A stretch of 48,244 bases of DNA from Kiritimatiellia bacterium (GTDB taxonomy: Bacteria; Verrucomicrobiota; Kiritimatiellia; RFP12; UBA1067). Below are positions 19,466-30,021 of this stretch, piece after piece. The position numbers were made by a program, and so were the translations under genes. The notes beneath the pieces are model-generated. The model was not told the DNA's origin and did no database searches. It worked only from the letters and a program-made list of their open reading frames with translations. Position 1 is the stretch's first letter. Each line of letters starts with the position of its first letter. Location: assembly GCA_050949565.1 (NCBI GenBank), contig JBMNFY010000012.1:1-48244 (forward strand), in the 5' to 3' direction.

Positions 19466-22210
19466 ATGAAACTTGAAACCAGAAACCTGAAACTATCCTT
19501 CGCAGCGCTCGTGCTTTGTGGCTGTATGCTAAAAATGTCGGCATCGGCGGATGTGGAGGTGTCGACCACAGGCGCGGTGAACACGCCGCAGGCGGCACTT
19601 GCCAAGGTAAAGGAGCTACGCGCTGCCGGGAAAATCCCCGCCGGACGCGCGGCAGTGGTGCGTTTCGCCGCAGGCGTTTACGAACTTGCGGAAGAACTCG
19701 ACGTCTCCGGCACGGATGCGCCGATATGCTTCAAAGGTGCTCCAGATGGCCAAACCGTTTTTTCCGGCGCGCGTAAACTGGGGCCGTTCACGGCAGACGC
19801 GGACGGCATTTGGCGCTGTTCCGTGCCAGCGGGACTCGTCTTCGAACAGGTGTGGGTGAACGGCTCACGTGCGCAGATCGCGAAGAGTCCGAACACGTTC
19901 TACAACTACGTGCTTTCGTCCGAAGGCGAAGGGACCGATCCGATGACGGGCAAGGAAGCCGATTTAGGCAGGCGCATGTTGCGCACGGATCCGAAGGCGC
20001 TTGCATGCCTCGCCGCATTGCCGCCGGATGAACTGCGTGACGTGGCGATTCATGTGTGGTGGGCCTGGGACTCCGAATGGCAGAAGGTTGCGCGGGTGGA
20101 CGCGGAAGACGGCGTGCTTTGGTTTCAGGGCCGTGTGAATCGCGACTTTTTCATGTGGCCGAAGTGGTGCCCGCGCTTCACGATCGAGAACTGCCGTACC
20201 GCATTGGACGCGCCGGGCGAGTGGTTTCTGGATCGAAAAAAGAGCGAGCTTCTCTACATCCCGCGCACGGGCGAAAGGCCCGAAACCTCATTCGCGGCAG
20301 TACCTGTCCTGAAGCGTATCGCATTCGTGCACGACACAAAGGACGTCACCTTCGACGGCATCACGTTTGCGCATAATTCTTGGACACTGCCGAGCCCCGG
20401 CTTTTACGCGTATCAGTCGGCTTTCTATGCAGACGCAGCGCTTGAGGTTTCCAACGCCACGCAAGTCGCGTTCCTGAACTGCCGCGTGGAGCACACCGCG
20501 AATTACGGTCTCTGGTTCAATGCGGGCTCGCGTGATTCCTGCGTGCGCCACACATGGTTCGAGGATCTCGGCGCAGGCGGCGTGCGTCTTGGTGCGCGTA
20601 CGTGGAGCACGAACGATGCGCCGGAAAAACTCGTTTCAGGCGTGACGGTGGACGACAACGTGATCACCTCCGGCGGCCACGTCTTCCCCGCCGGGACTGG
20701 CGTATTCATCACCTATGCCAAAGATTGCCGTGTGACACACAACGAAATCTGTGATCTCTACTACTCCGGCATCTGCTGCGGCTGGCGCTGGGGTTACGCG
20801 CCCGCACCGAACCGGAACAACGAACTTTCCTGGAATCACATCCACCACCTCGGCAAAGGGGTGCTGAGCGACATGGGCTTCATCTACACGCTCGGCGACA
20901 GCCGCGGCACGGTCATCGCCGGCAACCACGGCCACGACATGTTCTCCTACGGCTACACGGGTTCGGGCGGCACCGGCCTCTACCCGGACGAAGGCAGCTA
21001 CGGCATCCTCTGGACCTCGAACCTCATTCATCACACAAAGACATCCGCTCTAAGCCAGCACTACGGACGTGAAAATTTCTTCCACAACAACATCTTCGCG
21101 TTCTCGACCAAACCAGAATCATCCGTGGCGGGCCGTTGGCGCGTGGAAAATGACCACTGCTCACTCATCTGCTCAAACAACGTGTTCGTGTGGGCCGGCA
21201 CGGAAGGACGTTCGGCATGGCGCGGCCCCGGCAAAGGACGTCCCGCGCCGGTGCACGACCTGGTCTTCGGCTCAAACCTCTGGTGGAGTCCCGATCCCGT
21301 GGCGACCAACGCATTCAACGGCGGCACATGGGAAAAGTGGCATGCCGAAGTTGACAACGGCTCCATCCTTGCCGATCCGCTTTTCCGCGACTGGCAGAAA
21401 GGCGACTGGCGTCTGAAACCGGAGTCCCCCGCATTCACGATCGGTTTCAAGGAGTGGGATTACACGCTTGCGGGCGTACGTAAGGAAGACGCCGCTTGGC
21501 GTGCGCGGGTGGCTGCAATCCGTCCTGCGGCTTACGAGGTGGCGCCAGAGCCGCCCCTGAATCCCGGCAAGCGTTCGTTCAGAACCGGGTTCGAGACACG
21601 CCGTCCGGGGACATTCCCAAGTGGAGCGTTCGGTGGCGTTTCGAGCCGTGAGCGCGGCTACGTGATGGAGTCCACGCGCGCCTGCCGCACGGGCAAGCAG
21701 GCGCTTGAAATCCGCGACTTCGAGGGGCTGCAAACGCGTTACTGGCCGCACTTCTATCAGTCTTTCAAGATTGTCTCCGAAACGTTCGTTCTCAAATTCT
21801 CGCTCAAATGCGATGCGCTCGCGAACCTGATATGCGAATGGCGCGAGTGGAATCCCGCCGCGAAAAACGGACAGTACGCAGACGGACCGTACGTCTTCGT
21901 ACAAAACGGCGCATTCTATGTCCGTGCGCGGGAAGTACGGGCAGACGGCAAGGCATACGGTTTCGATAGGAAGATTTCATCTTACGCGCCGGACACGTGG
22001 TGCGACCTTGAATTCACGCTGCACACGCCGAAGGATGGCACGCCCACATGGGACTTCGCTTTTACCGGCGCAGATGGCATCCGACACGAGATGAAGGGGC
22101 TTCTCTACTACCATGAGGAGTGCGCCGTGCCGAACTGGATCGGGTTCCTCTCCAACGCAGACTGCGAAACCGTCTCCTTCATCGACGATTATTCTTACGA
22201 CAACCTGTGA
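19466..22210 (+). CDS. Secreted right-handed beta-helix protein, GH141-like, with extra C-terminal beta-sandwich domain
   Basis: Signal peptide; ENCRTALDAPGEWFLD, DLGAGGVRLG, HNEICDLYYSGI, SDMGFIYTLG, GLYPDEGS, ADPLFRD...DWRLKPESPA. Confidence 0.8.
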   Translation: MKLETRNLKLSFAALVLCGCMLKMSASADVEVSTTGAVNTPQAALAKVKELRAAGKIPAGRAAVVRFAAGVYELAEELDVSGTDAPICFKGAPDGQTVFSGARKLGPFTADADGIWRCSVPAGLVFEQVWVNGSRAQIAKSPNTFYNYVLSSEGEGTDPMTGKEADLGRRMLRTDPKALACLAALPPDELRDVAIHVWWAWDSEWQKVARVDAEDGVLWFQGRVNRDFFMWPKWCPRFTIENCRTALDAPGEWFLDRKKSELLYIPRTGERPETSFAAVPVLKRIAFVHDTKDVTFDGITFAHNSWTLPSPGFYAYQSAFYADAALEVSNATQVAFLNCRVEHTANYGLWFNAGSRDSCVRHTWFEDLGAGGVRLGARTWSTNDAPEKLVSGVTVDDNVITSGGHVFPAGTGVFITYAKDCRVTHNEICDLYYSGICCGWRWGYAPAPNRNNELSWNHIHHLGKGVLSDMGFIYTLGDSRGTVIAGNHGHDMFSYGYTGSGGTGLYPDEGSYGILWTSNLIHHTKTSALSQHYGRENFFHNNIFAFSTKPESSVAGRWRVENDHCSLICSNNVFVWAGTEGRSAWRGPGKGRPAPVHDLVFGSNLWWSPDPVATNAFNGGTWEKWHAEVDNGSILADPLFRDWQKGDWRLKPESPAFTIGFKEWDYTLAGVRKEDAAWRARVAAIRPAAYEVAPEPPLNPGKRSFRTGFETRRPGTFPSGAFGGVSSRERGYVMESTRACRTGKQALEIRDFEGLQTRYWPHFYQSFKIVSETFVLKFSLKCDALANLICEWREWNPAAKNGQYADGPYVFVQNGAFYVRAREVRADGKAYGFDRKISSYAPDTWCDLEFTLHTPKDGTPTWDFAFTGADGIRHEMKGLLYYHEECAVPNWIGFLSNADCETVSFIDDYSYDNL

Positions 22211-22305
22211 GCCTAGTCATTATCTGTCCTCCAGACCCGGATGTAGCGACGGCGCGGTAGGCTAACTCCTGAAATCAAAGCGCTGCAAGTTCAACGCTTT
22301 TTTAG

Positions 22306-24882
22306 TCACTCGCGTTGCTTCGCTGCGTCGAACGTACCCCAGCAGGCACCGTTCGAGTCCATCCAGATATAAAACCGCTGCCACTCTTCATCGGTGAGTT
22401 TCACGTCACCGTGTCCGGACTCAAGGCGTTTCAGGAGTTTGGAGGGCAGAGCACCGAACGTGAGCGGTCTTGTGAGCGGTTCGTTATTGTTGTTCGGTTG
22501 TTGGTTCCAACTGGAATAGGGGACATGGCGAATGAGCACGTTGAACGATTTGCATGACCATCCATCCGGCTCGCCCGTCAATGCCGGCACGCCCTCACGC
22601 TTCCCGTCGTGGCACGTCACGCACTTGCGGTCCAACACGGGCTGGAGAAGTTTGAGGTAGCTGAACGGACGCGTCCCGGAGAGCGAGGGCTGAATGACAG
22701 ACGGCGCGCGTTGTGTGGCCAACGCGGGTTGCGCGGGCATGTAGCTCTTGCGGCGATCCTCATGGCAGCCCACACAGCTTTCGTGTTCGCCGGGCTGGAG
22801 GTACACGGCTGAACGCATCGTCTGTACGGCGCGTCCCTTTGCGTCGAGCGCCTGGAAGTAGAGCGGCATGTTGGCGGGGGCCTCGAAATAGGCGCTGCCA
22901 TCCGCCTCCACGGGCACGGTCCCAAGAATCTCGCGTCCGACGGAACCCAGTCCGGCACCCACCTTTGGGGAGTCGATATTCGGCGTTGTCTTGTTGATGA
23001 TGTGGAAGACGCGCAACGCAACGATGGGGTATTGGGACGGGAAGGCATCTGGCCATGCCTCCGTCACCTTGTCGATCGAGAACGTGCCCGTCAGGCGCTT
23101 TGCGCGTTCGGGATCGATAGGCGATTGGGCCAGCTTGGGCGGCGTACGCGGTTCGATCGGTCGCGCCCAGAGGCTGGAGATGCGCGGATCGCGATAGATG
23201 AGTTCGCGCGTGCCATCGGCATCGCAGAGGTAGATGCCGTACTGGTTCGGGATGTTGCCGCCTGGCTCGCCCAGCAGGCGGTCGTAGGAATACGAGGCGA
23301 GGAACGTGGTTTCGGAGAGCGGCCACGGGCTCTTGAACGAATGCCCGGGCCAACGCTTCTCCTGCACCGTCGGTGTTTGGTTGCGCGCGGGGCCGGGGAT
23401 GCCTCCTCGCCAATAGCTGCGGGGCGTACTGTCGAACGCGACATCCTTCACGAAAGCGGGTGCGTGGGCGAGCGGCTCTTCTGATTCAGTGAAACGCACC
23501 TCCGGCGTGAGGCGCGTGATAGGCGTCGCGCCGTCAATGCCTTTGAGCGTGTCGATCAAAATGACAGATCCCGCCGACATCGCATGGTGCGGTCCGGCAA
23601 TGGCCATGACCTTTGTGGAGTTCGGCACTGGGCGTGCCTCCCACGTGCCGCACGGATTCCATGTGTTGTTGCCGTAGTAGATACGCACGCCGCCGCCGTC
23701 TGGCCGCGCCGTCCAGAGGTGTTGGTAGAGAACGCCGTTACGGTCCACATAGTCCCAGCGCGTATAGAGAAGCCGTCCATCCGGCAGCAAGGCGGGCGTC
23801 CACTCATGCGTTTCGTGAAACGAGATCGAACGCGGATTCTCACCATTCGGTCCCATTCGCGAGAGCGTGAACACAAAGCAGGGACCAAGGCCGCACCGAT
23901 GGTAACCGCCGCGTCGCGTGGAGGAGAACACGATGTCGCCGTCCGGCAGGTAGATGGGAAAAATGTCGTCGTGGCCGTCGTTCGTCAATCGCCGCGCCGT
24001 GCCGCCTGCAAGCGGCGCTTCATAAATGTTGTAGCGGTGCGCGAGGCGATCAGGCGTGCAGAAGCGGGGAACATCACGTCCGCCCGTATACGTGCCGGGA
24101 GGATCGGACGCGACGGGCGAGTAGGAGAAAAGGATCTTGGTTGCATCCAGCGAAAGCTCGGGGTTGAGGAAACTGCCGGGCGGCAGATTGGGTGGCGTCA
24201 CTTCGCGCGGGCGCATCGATACGCCGGGCTGCTCCAGTACAAAGAGGCCGCCTCCCGGACGTGCGCAGTAGCCGAGGCACTGCGTGAGCTGGTGGCTCAT
24301 CGCGCCGGGTACGAACTTCGCGAAGAAGAGCGTGCGCCCCTTCAATTGCGCGAGCGCCCGCGTGCGGAGGGCTTGGTGGAGTGCCCGCCATTCATGCTCA
24401 TCACTCGTCTCGGGGGGCGGCTGCGCAAGCCCCGCCATTCTGAAGCGCGCCCGCAGCGGTACCACGGCCTCGGCGAATGTGCACGGTTCGCGGGGCACAC
24501 CGAGACCGTCCTGCAAACGCCAGTCCCACTCTACGAGCGCAGTGGCGATACGGTTGTCGAGCGGTCCCGATCCTTTCACGGGGCCTACGCTGTAAGGGCT
24601 CCGTTCGGGTTCGAGCGCGTTTGGCAGAACGACCACGTCATGCGGCGTGATCGCGTCTCCATTCACATGCCAGCCCGCACCGACCGCGCACGCCCGCCAC
24701 CCCTTTTGATCGGGGAATCCCGTGAGCAGCAACTGGTTGGTGCCGTGCTCATAGAACCATGTGCCCGTGACCGAGCCTGCCGAAGGCAGCACTACGTCGA
24801 GCCCGAACGATATGCGGTCAGTACCCTGTCCCGCAAGCGGAACGAGTGCCGACAAAAAAAGCATGTGTACGGTTCTTTTCAT
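22306..24882 (-). CDS. HzsA-related beta-propeller protein with two CxxCH heme motifs
   Basis: YTRWDYVDR, LGTVPVEADGSAYFEAPANMPLYFQALD...VQTMRS...QPGEHESCVGCHE, QPVLDRKCVTCH; signal peptide. Confidence 0.82.
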   Translation of the reverse strand: MKRTVHMLFLSALVPLAGQGTDRISFGLDVVLPSAGSVTGTWFYEHGTNQLLLTGFPDQKGWRACAVGAGWHVNGDAITPHDVVVLPNALEPERSPYSVGPVKGSGPLDNRIATALVEWDWRLQDGLGVPREPCTFAEAVVPLRARFRMAGLAQPPPETSDEHEWRALHQALRTRALAQLKGRTLFFAKFVPGAMSHQLTQCLGYCARPGGGLFVLEQPGVSMRPREVTPPNLPPGSFLNPELSLDATKILFSYSPVASDPPGTYTGGRDVPRFCTPDRLAHRYNIYEAPLAGGTARRLTNDGHDDIFPIYLPDGDIVFSSTRRGGYHRCGLGPCFVFTLSRMGPNGENPRSISFHETHEWTPALLPDGRLLYTRWDYVDRNGVLYQHLWTARPDGGGVRIYYGNNTWNPCGTWEARPVPNSTKVMAIAGPHHAMSAGSVILIDTLKGIDGATPITRLTPEVRFTESEEPLAHAPAFVKDVAFDSTPRSYWRGGIPGPARNQTPTVQEKRWPGHSFKSPWPLSETTFLASYSYDRLLGEPGGNIPNQYGIYLCDADGTRELIYRDPRISSLWARPIEPRTPPKLAQSPIDPERAKRLTGTFSIDKVTEAWPDAFPSQYPIVALRVFHIINKTTPNIDSPKVGAGLGSVGREILGTVPVEADGSAYFEAPANMPLYFQALDAKGRAVQTMRSAVYLQPGEHESCVGCHEDRRKSYMPAQPALATQRAPSVIQPSLSGTRPFSYLKLLQPVLDRKCVTCHDGKREGVPALTGEPDGWSCKSFNVLIRHVPYSSWNQQPNNNNEPLTRPLTFGALPSKLLKRLESGHGDVKLTDEEWQRFYIWMDSNGACWGTFDAAKQRE

Positions 24883-24891
24883 ATTGCTTGA

Positions 24892-27800
24892 TTATGGCTT
24901 CTTGATGAGTTTGCCGCCCTTGTACGTGAACTCGGGGCAATCGCAGAAGTAGACGCGTTTGCCGTCCGCGTTCTCGGAGATTTCTGCCGTGACCTTGCCG
25001 TCGCGCGTCCAGCCCTTGAATGCCCTCGGCGGCAGATCGATGGTTTCATCCCCGATTTTGGTCTTGAGCCGTTCTTTGAGATTGCCGTTCGCGACGATGA
25101 CCGTGCCGTCCTGATATTCGACGAACACCTGATTGCGCTCGACCGTGCCGTCCGCAATCGCTGCGGAAGAGGCGTGCGCTTTGCCGTCCGCATCGAGATA
25201 CGCGATCGTGCTCACGTCGCTCTGCGTGTAGCGCGCGGCGAGCGGCTGAACCATGGCGTAGCTGCGGAGCGCGATGTCTATGCCCTTTTCAAAGTCGATC
25301 CGCCCCGGACCGCAGTAGGCGAGCCCGAACGGCTTTGACGGCGTGAAGCAGTAGTCGAGGATCAGGTGCGGGGCGTGTCCGAATGCAACAACGGCGGTCA
25401 GGAAGCAATCGACAAGCTCCTCGATTCCTCCGACTGGTTCGGTGTTCGGCTGATACATCTTTCCCGGCGAGAACATCGGCAGCAGCCCCATGCCGAAGTT
25501 GCACTCCTTGGGATGGATTTTGAGCAGGTCGAAGTCGACAATCCAAGGCATCGTAAAGAAGTTGTATCCGCGATCCTGCGCGTAGTTGCCGTCCGAGAGT
25601 CCCGAGTAGAAGAAGTGGTGTCCGCCTTCGGAGTAGACGGGGCCTTGCCACGCTTGCTTCTGCAGCAGCAATGTTTCTCCGTATGCGTAGAAGGTCTGTG
25701 CAAAAGTCGCCGCGCCGGGAACACGCGCATCGTAATCCGTGCGGCTCCAAGGCACCAGCGTGGTGTGGACATCGCAGTAGGCCGTGTTATAGCCGAACTT
25801 GCGTTTGAGTTCCGGAGCGAAACGCTCGCAGAGCATCGGTGCAAGAGCGGGTTTCGGACCGTAGCATCTGAACCACGCCGGATAGAACGAACCGTCGCGT
25901 TGGCGGGCGATGAGGTCCCGTGACCAGATGGCGTTCATGGGCGAGAAGTCGGTGAAGTTGTTGTACGGGCCGTAGACGTAGCCGAGTTCCTCGCGCATGA
26001 AGCGTGAATAGTCCTCGGCACCAGCGTCTCCGCCCTTGCCCGGTGCAGCATCCGTGCGGCAGGTAAAGCTTTCGCCACGGTCGCGCCACAGCGTCTCGTG
26101 GTCGGTGACGATCACATGATCGATCCCGAGTTTCTTGACCTCCCGCCAGAAGGCCTTGTCCAGCTTGCGCACGTAACTGCCGTGGGACCTCCACGCGCCT
26201 TTACCGGCCACCGTTTTATACGGCGAGACGGGATTGGGAATTTCTGGCAGCACTTCCGCGAAATCTCGGCTGAGCGTGATGACGATCCGCTCGCTCACCG
26301 GATTGTAGGTTCCATCCGTCTTTGGGTAGTACCTCATCGACTGCGCGTTGCCCGCATTCGAAACCTCGCTCGCGTTTGAACGATACCAATCGAAGATCGC
26401 GCTCCGGTACCATCCGCCCTCAAGCAGATCGATCTTGAGACGATTCTGCCGGATGCCATAGGCGAGATACGGCACGATGAAGCTTTTGAGAACCTTTGCT
26501 TCGGTAGCCGTTCCGCTCGAAACTTCCGTGACGGTTCCGGCGGGTGCGTACAGATCGACGACAAGGCTCTTGCCGCGACGGCTTGTCGTGACTTCAAGCT
26601 TGCCGGTGTCGCTTCCGGCGATCGCGCCGCCGTTGAACGTAGCGATTAAGTCGCCCTCTTGCGGCGAAGACGTGCGCGGGATGATCGTGCTTTCCGTAGT
26701 CGGGAACGGCAGATTGCGGTCGCCGGTATTGATCCCCTGATCGGCGCCTTTGAGCGGCGTCAGGTTGCGTTTGGCGCGCGCGGCGATATCGAGTTTGCCG
26801 GAAAGCGTGTCCATGAAAAACGCGATGTTGTCAAAGTGCATCGGGCGGTATTCCGGTTGCGTTCCACCGGTGAGGACGAATCCCGCGAACGCAGCACCTT
26901 GGAAACGCTTAGTCTCTTCCGGCGAGAAGCGCCGCTCGATGCGGTGCCAATCCGGCCAGGTGATCTTGCCGAGCGAAACCCGCTGCTCCGTCCCGTCCGC
27001 GAGCCGCAGTGCGAGGAAGAGTTCAGCGGAGGGCACCTCGGGCTGCGTGTTGGCGCCGCGTCCGAAGTGGTCGCCGTGTACCCAGACCGCGAAGGTGTTC
27101 CAAGCGTTCGTAACCGCCACGGGTTTTTCGGGGCCGAAGGCGATGGACGGCTTGTCGCCTTTTCCGCAGTACGACAGCCGCAACGTCTTCTCTCCGAACA
27201 GTTGCGTCTCGCGCGTCGTCGCGCAGAGGGCCGCGGCGTTTTCGGCGCGCACCTTCCATGCTGGATCGTCCTCGAAATCGACGAGCGCAGGCACGTCGTC
27301 CAGTGTCCGGTTTGCGTTCTTGAATTCGTACGGACGGTTGTCCTGCGGATACGGCTTGCCCGCGCCGAGGTTTTCTGGATACGACTCGGCCTTTTCGTTC
27401 TCGCCGAGCGCATAGCACGCCGCCCGCCAGATGTCGTTGGCGTTGTCGCCGAATTCGGACGGCAGGATCACGCTCTTTGCGAGATAGTCGACACATTCGC
27501 GGTAGCGCTTCGCATCCAGCAGCGACTTCGCATACGCGAGCTTCATGGGGTTTACCTCGGAATCAGCCGTGAGGCGGTTGCCGCGCAGTTCCGCGCGCCA
27601 TCCACCGCCGAGTTCAATGGCGCGTGCGATGTCCGCATCGCCTGCGGCACCGAGACGCCTGCCGGCGCGGAAAAGGTAGAACGCTGCGAGGTCGGGCGCG
27701 TTTCCGCAGACGGCAAGAAGCGCGTCCGCACGGTCTTGCTCGCCGTTCGCCACAAGGAAGAGCGCGTGATAGTATTTGAACTTCCAACTGCTGTTTTCCC

Positions 27801-29745
27801 GCGCCGCCCATTCGAGCGCCGGGAGCGACTCGCGGCGGAACGGGAACACGAACTCCGCCGACAGCTTGGCGATGGCATTGAGCGCCGCAGCATCGCGCTC
27901 CAGATATGCAAGGCGGATGCGCGCGACCGGATGGTCGCCTGCAAAGCCGAAGAGTTCGCGCGCCTCGTCGGCCAGCCCCGCCGCTTCGTACCAAGTGCCG
28001 AGATCCATGAACGTTTCATGCGGCAGCTCGCACTTGATGTACGCGCGGAAATCTTCCTTGCCGCCCAGCTTGCCGAGCTCATATCTGACAGCGTGGAAGA
28101 GCGGGAGTTGCGCGAGCGTTGCCTTGGCGCTTGCCGTTGCGGCGGCTATGTCGCCTCCCTTGCGCAAGGCGATGACTTTCGCCAGCAGCGCGTCAAAGGA
28201 GAGTCCGTTGGCGCACAACGCACGATCCGCCAGCAGCGCCGCTTCCTGCCAGTTTTTCTCGCGAAGCATGATCTTCGATAAGAGCGAATAGGAGGCGGAA
28301 CGCATCATCGGCGAAAAGGCCGCGAGCCCGAGGCGCTCCTTGGCGGTGGCCAGATCGTCTTGCGCGAACGCGGCGAATCCCGCGAGATAATTCGCTTCGC
28401 CGTCGTAGGTGTCGACAGCGAGCGCGCGCTCCGCGAGACGCGCTGCCTCGGCATAGTGCGCGCGCTTCGCTTCGAGCCCGGCGAGCGCGACGAGCGCGGG
28501 CGCGAAATGGTTGTCGATGACGAGCGCCGATCTGAGCAGCCGCGCCGCGCCATCGTCGTCATGGAGATAGCGGAGCTTCTGCGTGCCCTTCAGGTAAAGC
28601 CCCTGAACAGAGTTCCAATCAAAGTCGGACGGCATCTCGATCGGGCGCGGCTTGACGCCGATTTCTGGGGTTCCGAACGCCTCGCGGTTCTTCACCATGC
28701 TCCACATCTCGTCGAAGACATCCGTTCCGCCGGACGCGAAGGAAGGAACCTTGAACGGCGTTTTTTCGCAGGGCGGACGCGGTTGCTGGAACGCGCGACC
28801 GGATTGCAACTCGGCGTACTGGCCGTCCTTGTCTGTCAGCAACGTCTCCCAGATGGCGCCTGCGCGCGACGGCGACCAGAGCCAGATTTTGCGTCCGTAC
28901 TTGTCGTAGACCGGATTGCGGTGGACCGCGCCGAAACGGATATCCGGCCACCAGATGCCGAACACGCTGTTGTCGCCGTTGAGGACGTGGTACGACTTGT
29001 TGCTGCCAAAACGGTTCTGGGCATATACCGAAAGGTCACGCCCTGCGTCGTCGATCGGCCAAGCGTGCGCGTCGCCTGGGTGTCCGATGTAGTTTTTGCC
29101 TGGGAAGAAGAAGTCGGTATTTTCAAACAGCGGAAATGCCGCGTTCATCCACTGGTAGTAGGGGCCGGTCAGGTTCGCGCCGTTGAACCAGATCGTCCGC
29201 ATCGTAAAGTGGTCGTCGCCGGGGGCGAGCCGCACTTCCACCTGCCAGATCGTGCGGCCGATGTACTCCGAAGCGCCAGCGAAGTAACTCGCGCTGCCGT
29301 CCTCGTTCTTCCTGACGTACCAGTCGACCGGCGTCGCCGAAGTCGGGGCGTGTCCGGTGATAGCGAAGTTGAACTCGATGCCGCCAGAGCACCACGGTCC
29401 CCGGAGCGCGATATTGCGGAACTTGACCGCATGATTGTAGTAGATGAACGCGTGTCCGGTCGCGATCTCCTGCGCGCCCCAAACCTTGCCGCCGATTTCG
29501 GGGAGCATGGTCACACGGATCTTTTCATTTTCGAGGATCACCGCCTTCCACTTCTGCGCTGTCGGCTCCGCCGTCGAGCCATCGAAACGGAAATAGGGGT
29601 AGAGCGGCGAATCCGTCCGGGGCACCGGATCAGGATCAGAGAATCCGTACGTCGGGAATTCGAGTTCGGTTTCCACGATCGAAACCGCCGCGCCGAATGA
29701 CACGGCGGCAAACAGGGTGAGAGAGACGATGACCGTTTTTTTCAT
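24892..29745 (-). CDS. DUF5107-domain/TPR protein fused to a large putative glycoside hydrolase module
   Basis: Signal peptide MKKTVIVSL; YPYFRFDG, LENEKIRVTMLPEIGGKVWG, RGPWCSGGIEFNF, YAELQSGR; TPR-like helices; second half has GPYNNFTDF, AYCDVHT, GPVYSEG. Confidence 0.8.
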   Translation of the reverse strand: MKKTVIVSLTLFAAVSFGAAVSIVETELEFPTYGFSDPDPVPRTDSPLYPYFRFDGSTAEPTAQKWKAVILENEKIRVTMLPEIGGKVWGAQEIATGHAFIYYNHAVKFRNIALRGPWCSGGIEFNFAITGHAPTSATPVDWYVRKNEDGSASYFAGASEYIGRTIWQVEVRLAPGDDHFTMRTIWFNGANLTGPYYQWMNAAFPLFENTDFFFPGKNYIGHPGDAHAWPIDDAGRDLSVYAQNRFGSNKSYHVLNGDNSVFGIWWPDIRFGAVHRNPVYDKYGRKIWLWSPSRAGAIWETLLTDKDGQYAELQSGRAFQQPRPPCEKTPFKVPSFASGGTDVFDEMWSMVKNREAFGTPEIGVKPRPIEMPSDFDWNSVQGLYLKGTQKLRYLHDDDGAARLLRSALVIDNHFAPALVALAGLEAKRAHYAEAARLAERALAVDTYDGEANYLAGFAAFAQDDLATAKERLGLAAFSPMMRSASYSLLSKIMLREKNWQEAALLADRALCANGLSFDALLAKVIALRKGGDIAAATASAKATLAQLPLFHAVRYELGKLGGKEDFRAYIKCELPHETFMDLGTWYEAAGLADEARELFGFAGDHPVARIRLAYLERDAAALNAIAKLSAEFVFPFRRESLPALEWAARENSSWKFKYYHALFLVANGEQDRADALLAVCGNAPDLAAFYLFRAGRRLGAAGDADIARAIELGGGWRAELRGNRLTADSEVNPMKLAYAKSLLDAKRYRECVDYLAKSVILPSEFGDNANDIWRAACYALGENEKAESYPENLGAGKPYPQDNRPYEFKNANRTLDDVPALVDFEDDPAWKVRAENAAALCATTRETQLFGEKTLRLSYCGKGDKPSIAFGPEKPVAVTNAWNTFAVWVHGDHFGRGANTQPEVPSAELFLALRLADGTEQRVSLGKITWPDWHRIERRFSPEETKRFQGAAFAGFVLTGGTQPEYRPMHFDNIAFFMDTLSGKLDIAARAKRNLTPLKGADQGINTGDRNLPFPTTESTIIPRTSSPQEGDLIATFNGGAIAGSDTGKLEVTTSRRGKSLVVDLYAPAGTVTEVSSGTATEAKVLKSFIVPYLAYGIRQNRLKIDLLEGGWYRSAIFDWYRSNASEVSNAGNAQSMRYYPKTDGTYNPVSERIVITLSRDFAEVLPEIPNPVSPYKTVAGKGAWRSHGSYVRKLDKAFWREVKKLGIDHVIVTDHETLWRDRGESFTCRTDAAPGKGGDAGAEDYSRFMREELGYVYGPYNNFTDFSPMNAIWSRDLIARQRDGSFYPAWFRCYGPKPALAPMLCERFAPELKRKFGYNTAYCDVHTTLVPWSRTDYDARVPGAATFAQTFYAYGETLLLQKQAWQGPVYSEGGHHFFYSGLSDGNYAQDRGYNFFTMPWIVDFDLLKIHPKECNFGMGLLPMFSPGKMYQPNTEPVGGIEELVDCFLTAVVAFGHAPHLILDYCFTPSKPFGLAYCGPGRIDFEKGIDIALRSYAMVQPLAARYTQSDVSTIAYLDADGKAHASSAAIADGTVERNQVFVEYQDGTVIVANGNLKERLKTKIGDETIDLPPRAFKGWTRDGKVTAEISENADGKRVYFCDCPEFTYKGGKLIKKP

Positions 29746-30021
29746 GGTAGATATCCACGATGTGGAGACTTTCGTTACGTTGGGTAAAATCTCATTTTGC
29801 GATGGCTTTGACAAGAATGAACTCCGTACTCCTTTTCCTCACGAAGGTGGGGCAAACCGCCTGTCGCGGGTCGCCAGTCAACTTCTCTTATTGCGACCAC
29901 ACAGTGGTTCGCAATCTTGAGAGTAAAAGCGCTGCCCGTTTTCTTTGCGCTGTGGGCGCAGGTATGGTACTTTGTATGCGTCTAAAGTGTTGCCTGTGAC
30001 ACATCGTGGAGTCCGTGCCTT

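Noticed and set aside
22306-24882. Anammox hydrazine synthase
   Set aside because: No hzsB/hzsC or hao neighbours; HzsA-like domain proteins are common in non-anammox PVC bacteria.
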